Shown: positions 8,986 through 17,931 of the stretch, in pieces
Layout: each line of letters begins with the position of its first letter
How positions within the stretch are numbered: position 1 is the stretch's first letter
The notes under the pieces: model-generated
Told to the model about the DNA's origin: nothing
Database searches by the model: none
The model's input: the letters and a program-made list of their open reading frames with translations, nothing else
Source of the DNA: an uncultured Clostridia bacterium
GTDB taxonomy: Bacteria > Bacillota > Clostridia > UBA1381
Direction: 5' to 3'
Length of the DNA: 64,000 nt
Assembly: GCA_947631235.1 (NCBI GenBank)
Contig: CANRKO010000003.1
Coordinates: 5,193-69,192 of the forward strand
Translations under genes and position numbers: made by a program

Positions 8986-10158
8986 ATGAACGAATTACAA
9001 TTAAAATACGGCTGCAACCCGAACCAGAAACCGTCGCGGGTATTTATCGAGAACGGCGACCTGCCGTTTGAGGTGATTTGCGGAAAGCCGGGTTACATCA
9101 ACCTGCTTGACGCATTGAACGGCTGGCAGCTTGTTAAGGAACTCAAAAAGGCTACGGGACTTCCGGCGGCGACGTCGTTTAAGCACGTGTCACCGGCGGG
9201 CGCGGCGGTCGGTTTGCCGCTTTCGGACACGCTCAAAAAGATTTATTTCGTTGACGGCGTTGAACTCACTCCGCTCGCAAACGCGTACGCGCGCGCGAGG
9301 GGCGCGGACAGAATGTCGTCGTTCGGCGACTTTATCGCCCTTTCGGACGAGTGCGACAAGGCGACTGCGCTCCTTATTAAAAAAGAAGTTTCCGACGGCG
9401 TGATCGCTCCGGGTTACAGCGACGATGCTTTGGAAATATTGAAGTCCAAGAAAAACGGCAACTACAACATAATTAAAATCGACCCGAATTATGTTCCCGC
9501 CCAAATCGAGCGCAAGCAGGTATTCGGCATCACGTTCGAGCAGGGCAGAAACGAGCTTGACATAAACGATGAACTCCTGTCAAACGTCGTGACCGCAAAC
9601 AAAACGCTCACGGGCGAAGCAAAGCGCGATTTGAAGATTGCCTTGATTACGCTCAAATACACGCAGTCAAACAGCGTTTGCTACGTCAAGGACGGTCAGG
9701 CAATCGGTATCGGCGCGGGTCAGCAGTCACGTATTCACTGCACGCGTCTCGCGGGCAACAAGGCTGACATCTGGTGGCTCAGACAAGCTCCGCAGGTGCT
9801 CAATCTTGAGTTCGTTGACGGCATAAAGCGCGCCGACCGCGACAACGCAATCGACGTGTACATCTCCGACGAGCACGACGACGTTTTGGCTGACGGCGCA
9901 TGGGAGAAGATATTCAAGGTAAAGCCGCCCGTATTCACAAAGGCGGAGCAGCGCGAGTGGCTCGACAAGAACACGGACGTAGCGCTCGGCTCGGATGCAT
10001 TCTTCCCGTTCGGCGATAACATCGAGCGCGCAAGAAAGAGCGGCGTCACGGTAATAGCGCAGCCGGGCGGCTCGATAAGGGACGATAACGTTGTTGAAAC
10101 GTGCAACAAATACAATATGGCGATGGCGTTCACGGGAATAAGATTGTTCCACCACTGA
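8986..10158 (+). CDS. purH: AICAR formyltransferase (PurH lacking the IMPCH domain)
   Basis: Starts at LKYGCNPNQ; SFKHVSPAG, SSFGDF, GAGQQSR, SDAFFPF, QPGGS, RLFHH. Confidence 0.93.
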   Translation: MNELQLKYGCNPNQKPSRVFIENGDLPFEVICGKPGYINLLDALNGWQLVKELKKATGLPAATSFKHVSPAGAAVGLPLSDTLKKIYFVDGVELTPLANAYARARGADRMSSFGDFIALSDECDKATALLIKKEVSDGVIAPGYSDDALEILKSKKNGNYNIIKIDPNYVPAQIERKQVFGITFEQGRNELDINDELLSNVVTANKTLTGEAKRDLKIALITLKYTQSNSVCYVKDGQAIGIGAGQQSRIHCTRLAGNKADIWWLRQAPQVLNLEFVDGIKRADRDNAIDVYISDEHDDVLADGAWEKIFKVKPPVFTKAEQREWLDKNTDVALGSDAFFPFGDNIERARKSGVTVIAQPGGSIRDDNVVETCNKYNMAMAFTGIRLFHH

Positions 10159-10167
10159 TTATATATA

Positions 10168-10427
10168 AACCCCTCCGACGCCTGCGGCGCCACCTCCCCT
10201 ATTAGGGGAGGCTTACGTAGTGCGACGCTTTACGCGAGGCTCCCCTACTAGGGGAGCTGTCAGCGCGTACTATTGCGTAGCAATAGTTGGGCTGACTGAG
10301 GGGTTTTAACGGGCGACCGCAAGGGTCGCCCCTACACCTTTATTTTATAAAGTGTGCGCCGTAGGGGCGACCCTTGCGGTCGCCCGTCCACGAAACATGG
10401 GGACACTAAAACACGGGGACACTAAAA
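10168..10427. repeat. Repeat cluster: family B, two GTAG-REPs (10311-10335, 10361-10385), two GGGGACACTAAA units
   Basis: Direct reading; matches other copies in the window. Confidence 0.9.
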
Positions 10428-10442
10428 CTGGAGGAAAACATT

Positions 10443-11702
10443 ATGAAAATTTTAGTAGTAGGCGGCGGCGGACGCGAGCACGCCATTGTTTGGAAAATCG
10501 CGCAGTCGCCGAAGGTTGAGAAGATTTACTGCGCTCCCGGTAACGGCGGCATAGCGGAATTGGCGGAGTGCGTAAACGTGGCGGCGACCGATATTGACGG
10601 TATGGTCGCGCTTGCGAAGGAAAAGGCGGTCGATCTCGTAATGGTCGCGCCGGACGACCCGCTTGCCATGGGCATGGTTGACGCGCTCGAAAAAGAGGGA
10701 ATACGCGCGTTCGGGCCGCGCGCAAACGCGGCGATCATCGAGGGCAGCAAGGTGTTCTCAAAGGAACTGATGAAAAAGTACAATATCCCGACCGCGAAAT
10801 ACGAGGTGTTCGACGACAGCGCGAAGGCTATCACGTACATAAAGGAGCAGGGCAAATTCCCCGCCGTTATCAAGGCTGACGGACTCGCGCTCGGCAAGGG
10901 CGTTATAATCGCGCAGGACTTAGCCGAAGCCGAGCAAGCCGTTCACGAAATGATTGACGAGGGCAAGTTCGGAAAGAGCGGTAGCCGTGTCGTTATTGAG
11001 GAATTTCTGACAGGACCGGAAGTGAGCGTTCTTGCGTTTACCGACGGAAAAACCGTTAAACCTATGGTGTCGGCGCAGGATCACAAGCGCGCGTACGACA
11101 ACGACAAGGGCTTGAACACCGGCGGCATGGGTACGTTCTCGCCGTCGCGGCTCTACGATGATGCGAAACAGAAGGAGTGCATGGAAAATATTTTCCTGCC
11201 GACGATAAAGGCGATGTCCGCTGAAGGCAGACCGTTTAAGGGCGTGCTTTACTTCGGACTGATGATGACCGCCGACGGCGTGAAGGTAATTGAATACAAC
11301 TGCCGTTTCGGCGACCCCGAAACACAGGTCGTACTGCCGCGATTAAAGACCGATTTGGTTGACATAATGCAGGCGATAATCGACGAAAAGCTTGACGAAA
11401 TCGAGATAGAGTGGGAGGACAACGCCGCCGTATGCGTCGTTATGGCGTCGGGCGGCTATCCCGTAAGCTACAAGAAAGGCTATGAAATCACGGGTCTTGA
11501 CAGCGTTGACGGCGTTACCGTGTTCCATGCGGGAACGGCTGTAAAGGACGGAAAAATCGTGACAAGCGGCGGACGCGTTCTGGGCGTTACCGCGCTCGGC
11601 GCGAATATCGACGAGGCGCGGGATAAGGCGTACGCGGCGGTTGATAAAATTTCCTTCACGGACGAGTTCCATAGGAGCGATATTGGTATAAAGAAGTATT
11701 GA
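10443..11702 (+). CDS. purD: Phosphoribosylamine-glycine ligase
   Basis: GGGGREHA, APGNGG, KADGLALGKGV, QDHKR, NTGGMG, RFGDPETQ. Confidence 0.97.
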   Translation: MKILVVGGGGREHAIVWKIAQSPKVEKIYCAPGNGGIAELAECVNVAATDIDGMVALAKEKAVDLVMVAPDDPLAMGMVDALEKEGIRAFGPRANAAIIEGSKVFSKELMKKYNIPTAKYEVFDDSAKAITYIKEQGKFPAVIKADGLALGKGVIIAQDLAEAEQAVHEMIDEGKFGKSGSRVVIEEFLTGPEVSVLAFTDGKTVKPMVSAQDHKRAYDNDKGLNTGGMGTFSPSRLYDDAKQKECMENIFLPTIKAMSAEGRPFKGVLYFGLMMTADGVKVIEYNCRFGDPETQVVLPRLKTDLVDIMQAIIDEKLDEIEIEWEDNAAVCVVMASGGYPVSYKKGYEITGLDSVDGVTVFHAGTAVKDGKIVTSGGRVLGVTALGANIDEARDKAYAAVDKISFTDEFHRSDIGIKKY

Positions 11703-11738
11703 TGGGAATTATGTGGGTAACGCTTGCGGCGTGGGTTA

Positions 11739-11882
11739 GCCTCCCTTGTCAAAGGGAGGGGGACCGCCGAAGGCGGTGGAGGGATTCACCATAAAAATCA
11801 AAAATGGAATCCCCCAGTCACGCTGCGCGTGACAGCCCCCTTTGACAAGGGGGCCTCACGTAGGGGCGAACCGTGTTCGCCC
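11739..11882. repeat. Family A repeat plus GTAG-REP
   Basis: Near-identical to 3630-3772. Confidence 0.9.
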
Positions 11883-11932
11883 GTGCATTAAACCCCAATT
11901 ATAAATCCAATTCAAATTCGAGGTGATATTTA

Positions 11933-12412
11933 ATGAAACGAACCGATTACATATCATGGGACGAATATTTTATGGGTATCGCGCTTTTATCGGCGCAGCG
12001 GTCGAAGGATAGTAACACGCAGGTCGGCTGCTGCATTGTGAACAGCGAGAATAAAATTTTATCGCTCGGCTACAACGGTATGCCCACGGGCTGCGACGAC
12101 GACCTTATGCCGTGGGAGCGCGACGGCGCGCCGCTTGACACAAAATACATGTACGTCTGCCACGCGGAGCTTAACGCGATATTGAACCGCAGTTCCGGCT
12201 CGCTCGCGGGCGCGACGCTGTACGTGACGCTGTTCCCGTGCAACGAGTGCGCGAAAGCCATTATACAGTCGGGCATACGCGAGGTTGTGTACGCGTGCGA
12301 CAAGTACGACGGCGAGGACGACAACGTTGCGTCAAAGCGCATGTTCGACATGGTGGGCGTAACGTACCGCAAATACGAGCCGACCGGACGGCGGCTTACG
12401 ATAGAACTGTAA
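11933..12412 (+). CDS. dCMP deaminase
   Basis: WDEYFM, RSKD, GYNG, HAELNA, PCNEC. Confidence 0.93.
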   Translation: MKRTDYISWDEYFMGIALLSAQRSKDSNTQVGCCIVNSENKILSLGYNGMPTGCDDDLMPWERDGAPLDTKYMYVCHAELNAILNRSSGSLAGATLYVTLFPCNECAKAIIQSGIREVVYACDKYDGEDDNVASKRMFDMVGVTYRKYEPTGRRLTIEL

Positions 12413-12423
12413 AGGAAAGAGCG

Positions 12424-13620
12424 ATGAACAAAAAAACCGTATCAAAAATCAATCTGTTTTTCTCCGGGCTTTTGAGCCGCATGGAGGAAAACAGAGATTT
12501 TTTTACCGACATAACGATACAATTCAAATCGGGCGCGAAAATATTCCCCGCGAAAATACTGCTTGACGAAAACGGCGTGACGCTCGACTACCAGGCGGTA
12601 AAGCGCACCGTCGCCGCCGATAAAATATGGGATATAATCGCCGCCGAGCTTTTAAAGTACGATGAGACGCGTATAATATACGCGGAGCGCGGCGCGAGAC
12701 TTGTAATTGAGGCGAGCGACAAAAAGGTCAATATGCGCCACGAGGACGCGCTCGCCGACGCGCCGCAGACGAGCGTGGTATAGACGGGGCGAGAGTACGT
12801 CGTGAACCCCGCGCTCGCGAAGGATTTGCTCACGGAAATCGGCATACTCGCGAAAAACGGCAAAATAAAGAACGACAAAATCAGAAAGTACAATCAGATT
12901 GACTACTTTGTCGAGCTTATGCAAGGCGTTTTGAAGGAAATCGGCGACAGAGACGAGTACGTCATACTCGACGCCGCCTGCGGAAAGAGTTATCTGTCGT
13001 TTGTGCTGAACTTTTACCTGCGCGAGATACTGAAAAAGAAATGCCGCTTTATCGGCGTTGACTATTCAAAAACGGTAATCGACGCGTCAAAGCGTATCGC
13101 CGCGAACCTCGGCTACAACAACATGGAATTTATCAAAGCCGACCTCACGGAGTACACGCCCGACGTGCGTCCCGACATAGTAATATCGCTCCACGCGTGC
13201 GACACGGCGACCGACATGGCGCTGGGTCTGGGCATACGCTCGAAGTCGCGTGCGATAGTGTGCGTGCCGTGCTGCCACAAGGATATTTTAAAGCAGTATT
13301 CCTACGAGCCGTTCGAGCCGATAATGAAGTACGGCATACTTAAAGCGCGGCTTGCCGACACGCTCACCGACGGCATACGCGCGGCGTATCTCGAAAGCGT
13401 GGGGTACAGAGTGAGCATGATCGAGTACATCTCGCCGCTTGAAACACCGAAAAATATAATGATACGCGCCGTGTACACGGGCAGGGAAAGCACGAAGGCG
13501 AGAGCCGATTACGAAAATCTGAAGGAAATGCTGCACGTCGAACCGGCGATCGAGAGGTTTTTAAGGCAGAAAATAGGATTTAAAATAACGAGACAGGGGG
13601 ATAACGGCCATGAAATTTGA
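12424..13620 (+). pseudogene. SAM-dependent methyltransferase interrupted by one in-frame TAG (12781-12783)
   Basis: Upstream (12424-12783) and downstream (12802-13620) ORFs share a frame; KYNQIDYF, LDAACGKSYLSF, SLHACDTATD, PCCH, TPKNIMI. Confidence 0.7.
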
Positions 13621-14143
13621 GGAAAAGACGCTGAGCGTTGAACCGATATACGACGGCAAGATTTTTAAGGTAAGGAAGGAGCAGGTCGAACTGCCCGACG
13701 GCACGGAGTCAATGCGCGAACTCATCTCGCATCCGGGCGGTGTGGGCGTGATCGCAGTGCTGGAGGACAGACAGGTGTTCATGGTAACGCAGTACCGCAT
13801 AGCGGCGAAGTCGATGATGCTCGAAATACCCGCGGGAAAGCTCGAGTACGGCGAAAATCCGCTGGAGTGCGGCAAGCGCGAGCTTATCGAGGAAACGGGC
13901 TACGAGGCTGCCGACTTCACGCACCTCGGCGCGTACTACGCGACCCCGGGCTACTGCGAGGAGGTACTGAATCTCTACCTCGCGCAAAATCTTCACTTCG
14001 TCGGACAGCATCTTGATGATGGCGAATTTCTGAACGTGAGAAAGTACGACCTTGACGAGCTTTACAATATGGCGATGAACAACGAGATACGCGACGCGAA
14101 AACGGCGATAGCGATACTCAAAGCAAAAATGATTTTGGGATAA
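13610..14143 (+). CDS. NUDIX hydrolase (ADP-ribose pyrophosphatase-like)
   Basis: EIPAGKLE..GKRELIEETGY Nudix box; DAKT. Confidence 0.92.
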   Translation: MKFEEKTLSVEPIYDGKIFKVRKEQVELPDGTESMRELISHPGGVGVIAVLEDRQVFMVTQYRIAAKSMMLEIPAGKLEYGENPLECGKRELIEETGYEAADFTHLGAYYATPGYCEEVLNLYLAQNLHFVGQHLDDGEFLNVRKYDLDELYNMAMNNEIRDAKTAIAILKAKMILG

Positions 14144-14163
14144 AAAACGGCATGTGCCCCGAT

Positions 14164-14198
14164 TAACCCCCTCGGTTATACGAGAGGGTTATTTTTTA
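14164..14198 (+). terminator. Probable terminator after the NUDIX gene
   Basis: TAACCC..CTCG/CGAG..GGGTTA stem followed by TTTTTT. Confidence 0.55.
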
Positions 14199-14220
14199 TA
14201 CAAAAAAATTAAAAAAATCG

Positions 14221-14250
14221 GTCATATTTTTATACTTGCCGGAATATATT
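14221..14250 (+). promoter_or_regulatory. Possible sporulation sigmaE-type promoter
   Basis: GTCATATT-14 nt-AATATATT resembles the recalled sigmaE consensus. Confidence 0.4.
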
Positions 14251-14349
14251 TATTATAAAGGTAAAATTTTACCGTCAAAAAACGAAAGCGTTCGGCTGCA
14301 GCGAACGCCCGATAAAACGTACAAAAGTAAAAAGAAAGAAGTGAATGTT

Positions 14350-16707
14350 ATGAGCGAAAATGAAAACAACATTTATCAAGACGATTTCGATTTGCCCGAA
14401 AGCGGCGCGGAAGAGTTTGATAAACAGCCGTATGACTGTGATATAAGCACAGCAGACGGCGAGAACGACACGCCTTCGGGTGGTGGCAAGCCTTCGGGGG
14501 GCGGTCAACAACAAAACAAACAACCCGCCTTAATCGAGCAGATATATCAGGCAATAAACGAGGTGATAGGCGGAACAAACGAAAACCAAATCTTTTGCAT
14601 GATGTCTCCCGGCACGACGCTTAACCCCTCGGATTATCGGTACGACACCGAAGGCGAAAAGCCTGCAACGGTTGCCGCAAACGAATCGAGACTCGTAAAC
14701 AAGCTTTTCGACCCGTGCCACGTTACGGGCAGCGACAACGGACGCTCGCTCCCGACGCAGTTTTTGTCCGCTTTGAACGTGCTTACCCCGAAACTCAACC
14801 CCGAGCTTGCAAGGGCGAAAAACGTTCTGCGCACGATGCTTACAACCAAAATAAAATATGATTTCGATGACGGTCCCGTAGAGGCGACATTCCAGCAGAT
14901 ATTCTACCGTCTGTACGAGGAATGGGTGGAGGAAAAGCGCAAATGGGCGAAAGTGCAGAGCGACAAAAAATCCGAGATAAGAGCCAAATACGGAGACAAT
15001 ACGGATAAAAACAAGAAAAAGATAGAGGAGGAGTATCTGGAGTGGTATCAGATCGAGGCGGAGCCTTACCTGCTTGCGGTCGAGGCGAAACTCGGCAAGG
15101 TGCTCGGCTTGTTTTCCGTAGACGATATGCAGATTATAGAGGGAGTTTTGAACAGCAGCGTGGGCTCGGAGCTTTACGAGGCAAAAACATCTGTCTTAAA
15201 CGCGAAGAGATACAATCCCGACGGCGGCGCTACATATCCGGTAACCCTCACTCCGTCCGACTGGCCCAAGCTTCTCGACAGTAAGTTCGACGCAATTGAT
15301 TTGCTCGATACGCCCGACGCGCTCATGCAGAAGTACAGAACGCTCTCGGAGCGCCGTCTGTCACTTGCGAGCCAAATCTCGAGATTTAAGGACTTGGATC
15401 ATAGTGAGGAACTCAAAGAGGCTATTACAGATCTCTCCAAAGCACAGGAAGCTTATGACAACTCAGCGACAACTTTAACGCAGAGTTATATTGAAGGTAC
15501 CGCGAAATTGTTACAGACCGTGGCGGGATTTGTGGGAAAAGATGATGCGGAAAATCTCAAATTTATATACGGTATGCAGTGCGAAAAGATAAAACCCGAG
15601 CCGCACGAAAAAGAAGAACCGAAGAAAACCGACCCCAAACCCAAACCCGACCCCAACCCCAATCCCAACCCATCAGAAAAACCGTCAACACCTACCACAG
15701 CCAACTTGTTGGATTGGATGCAAGATCGGCCTCAGGATAAGGATAAGAAGTACAATCTCACCGAAAAACAGAATGAATTTGTCACAGCGGCGAAGAAACT
15801 TGCCGAGGCGGGACGTAATGTCATCGCCGATAAAGCGATGAAGTTTTCGGATGTGCTTATTCCTCTTATCAAGGAGCTTGACGAGGTCAACAAACAAATC
15901 GAGGATATTCAGGAGAGGGCAAAGAACGCTGTAAAGATAAGCAAAGAACCGACAGACCTTACGGCGCGCGCGGCTGAAAACGAATTTATGGAGGTTATTA
16001 TAAGCACGGACGCCTCCTCCACACAATCAGCCGGCTCATTAAAATCGAGCTCGTCAGATTCGAACTTCGGCGTTTCGTTCTGGCTCGGCGGTTACAGCGA
16101 GTCCAAATCAAAGGCGGAGTCCACGGTTACCGATTTCAGTTCATCCAGCGATAACAAAATAGATATAGGCTTTCACGTGACGAAGGTGGACATTTCCCGC
16201 GCATGGTTTAACCCGGGAGTGTTCAAGCTGAGCAATGACATGTTTAACATTGCGGGAAAGCGCGTCTCGTATAACCCCGATGATCATACGACCGATCATA
16301 CCGAGAGTAATATGCTTGACGAAATGAACAAGTGCATTTTCCCGTGTTTCCCCACCGCGTTTGTAATCGCGAAGGACGTTACGATACGGTTATCGAACGC
16401 AACCTCAATGAGCGACACGATGCGCAGCGTCATGGATGAGCATGTCGCAAGGGGCGGCGGCGTGTTCTGTTTCAGCGGAAGTGCGGCGTCCTCGTCCTCG
16501 TCGGAGTCAAGTTCCGCGAAAGTGCAAAACACAGAAAAAGGTCTTACGATAAAATTCCCCGGGGCGCAGATTTTGGGATATTACCTTGAAAAAACGCCTC
16601 CCGACGAGAGCCGTTACCTTACCACGGGAGATATGAAAGAAGATATTTCGATCGAGGAATTTATTGATTCCTGCAAGCAAATGATGGAAACACTGCATCA
16701 GCAGTGA
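14350..16707 (+). CDS. Large hypothetical protein (785 aa): helical/coiled-coil middle, PK/PN linker, Ser-rich beta C-terminus
   Basis: Long ORF; start placed at ATG after AAAGAAGTGA; no signal peptide; no recognised enzyme motif. Confidence 0.85.
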   Translation: MSENENNIYQDDFDLPESGAEEFDKQPYDCDISTADGENDTPSGGGKPSGGGQQQNKQPALIEQIYQAINEVIGGTNENQIFCMMSPGTTLNPSDYRYDTEGEKPATVAANESRLVNKLFDPCHVTGSDNGRSLPTQFLSALNVLTPKLNPELARAKNVLRTMLTTKIKYDFDDGPVEATFQQIFYRLYEEWVEEKRKWAKVQSDKKSEIRAKYGDNTDKNKKKIEEEYLEWYQIEAEPYLLAVEAKLGKVLGLFSVDDMQIIEGVLNSSVGSELYEAKTSVLNAKRYNPDGGATYPVTLTPSDWPKLLDSKFDAIDLLDTPDALMQKYRTLSERRLSLASQISRFKDLDHSEELKEAITDLSKAQEAYDNSATTLTQSYIEGTAKLLQTVAGFVGKDDAENLKFIYGMQCEKIKPEPHEKEEPKKTDPKPKPDPNPNPNPSEKPSTPTTANLLDWMQDRPQDKDKKYNLTEKQNEFVTAAKKLAEAGRNVIADKAMKFSDVLIPLIKELDEVNKQIEDIQERAKNAVKISKEPTDLTARAAENEFMEVIISTDASSTQSAGSLKSSSSDSNFGVSFWLGGYSESKSKAESTVTDFSSSSDNKIDIGFHVTKVDISRAWFNPGVFKLSNDMFNIAGKRVSYNPDDHTTDHTESNMLDEMNKCIFPCFPTAFVIAKDVTIRLSNATSMSDTMRSVMDEHVARGGGVFCFSGSAASSSSSESSSAKVQNTEKGLTIKFPGAQILGYYLEKTPPDESRYLTTGDMKEDISIEEFIDSCKQMMETLHQQ

Positions 16708-16732
16708 GAAAAAACAAAAGGAGGAAAAGAAT

Positions 16733-17251
16733 ATGAGAATAGGAATTAACTGCGGTCATACAGTAAGCGGCCAGCCCGGATGCGGCGCGGTCGGAATTAT
16801 CGACGAGAGCAAAGAGACGCGTGAGGTAGGCAATCGTCTGATGACCATTTTAAAGAACGCGGGTCACACCGTTGTAAACTGCACGAACGATTACGCGAAA
16901 AGCACGAGTGAAAATCTTGCAGAGATAGTGCGTATGGCAAACGCACAGCCGCTCGACCTGTTTGTGTCGATCCATTTCAATTCCGGCGGCGGCAAAGGCA
17001 GCGAGGTGTACACGTTCGACGGCAGACGTCACGCCGAGGCGGTCGCGGCATGCGACAAACTCCATGCGCTCGGATTTGTAAATCGCGGAGTAAAGGACGG
17101 ATCGCACCTGTACGTTATACACAGAACAATAGCCAAGTCAATGCTTGTCGAGGTTTGTTTTGTGGACACACAGTCAGACGTAGACCTGTACCACGAGTTG
17201 GGTGCGGACAAGGTTGCGGCTGCGATTGCCGCCGCGATAACCGGTAAATAA
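16733..17251 (+). CDS. N-acetylmuramoyl-L-alanine amidase (Amidase_3), catalytic domain only
   Basis: INCGH, E..ET, FVSIHFN, LVEVCFVD; AGGAGG RBS 25 nt after the preceding stop region. Confidence 0.9.
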   Translation: MRIGINCGHTVSGQPGCGAVGIIDESKETREVGNRLMTILKNAGHTVVNCTNDYAKSTSENLAEIVRMANAQPLDLFVSIHFNSGGGKGSEVYTFDGRRHAEAVAACDKLHALGFVNRGVKDGSHLYVIHRTIAKSMLVEVCFVDTQSDVDLYHELGADKVAAAIAAAITGK

Positions 17252-17396
17252 TAAAACGAGCGTCTGTCCGACGGAAACTCTGTATCACATTGCGGGCGGC
17301 ATATGCGGCTTGCCGGCACAAATTTCCCTTTCGGTGTTGACAAACCGCGTGTGAGAGTGTAAAATGGAGTGAAAACTTACATGGGGGAGAATAACA

Positions 17397-17894
17397 ATGG
17401 ATATAGAGTTTCAGTCGTTGTTTCAGGTTCGTCTCGCGAACTACGACGACATTCCGGCAATAATGAGCATAACGCGCGAGGGCTTTGTGAAGTACCAGCA
17501 GATGACGGGCGTAAAGCACCTTGCCGCGCTGGAGGAGTCGTACAACGACGTTAAAAAGGACATAGACACGAAGGTAGTGCTTATCGCGCTGTCGGACGGC
17601 GAGCCGGTGGGCAGTGTGCGTATAGAGATATTTCCCGACAAAACGGCGTACCTGTCGCGTTTCGCGGTGAAGGTGACGAGCCAGAACAACGGTATCGGCA
17701 AGTCCATTATGAACCTCGCCGACCGTATAATGATGAAAAAGGGCGTGACGCAGATAAGCCTGCACACGGACTCAAAGGCTACTCCGCTTATCCGTTTTTA
17801 CTACGGACGCGGCTTTTACATCGACTCGACAGACAAGTCACGCGGGTACACGCGCGCGCTGCTCGTCAAGGAGTACGCGAAAAAGGACTGCTAA
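17397..17894 (+). CDS. GNAT-family acetyltransferase
   Basis: LSRFAV..QNNGIGKS acetyl-CoA motif; FYYGRGF. Confidence 0.85.
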   Translation: MDIEFQSLFQVRLANYDDIPAIMSITREGFVKYQQMTGVKHLAALEESYNDVKKDIDTKVVLIALSDGEPVGSVRIEIFPDKTAYLSRFAVKVTSQNNGIGKSIMNLADRIMMKKGVTQISLHTDSKATPLIRFYYGRGFYIDSTDKSRGYTRALLVKEYAKKDC

Positions 17895-17899
17895 ACAAA

Positions 17900-17930
17900 A
17901 ATCCGACGGTATTAAGCCGTCGGATATTTG
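17900..17930. terminator. Bidirectional terminator between GNAT and malQ
   Basis: ATCCGACGG-loop-CCGTCGGAT between convergent genes. Confidence 0.6.
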
Positions 17931-17931
17931 T

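Noticed and set aside
12781-12783. Genome-wide TAG recoding
   Set aside because: Conserved genes (rpsH, map, infA) terminate at TAG at their expected lengths
14350-17251. Prophage remnant explanation for the amidase
   Set aside because: No integrase, holin, structural genes or att-like repeats adjacent; an endolysin origin of the amidase itself is not excluded
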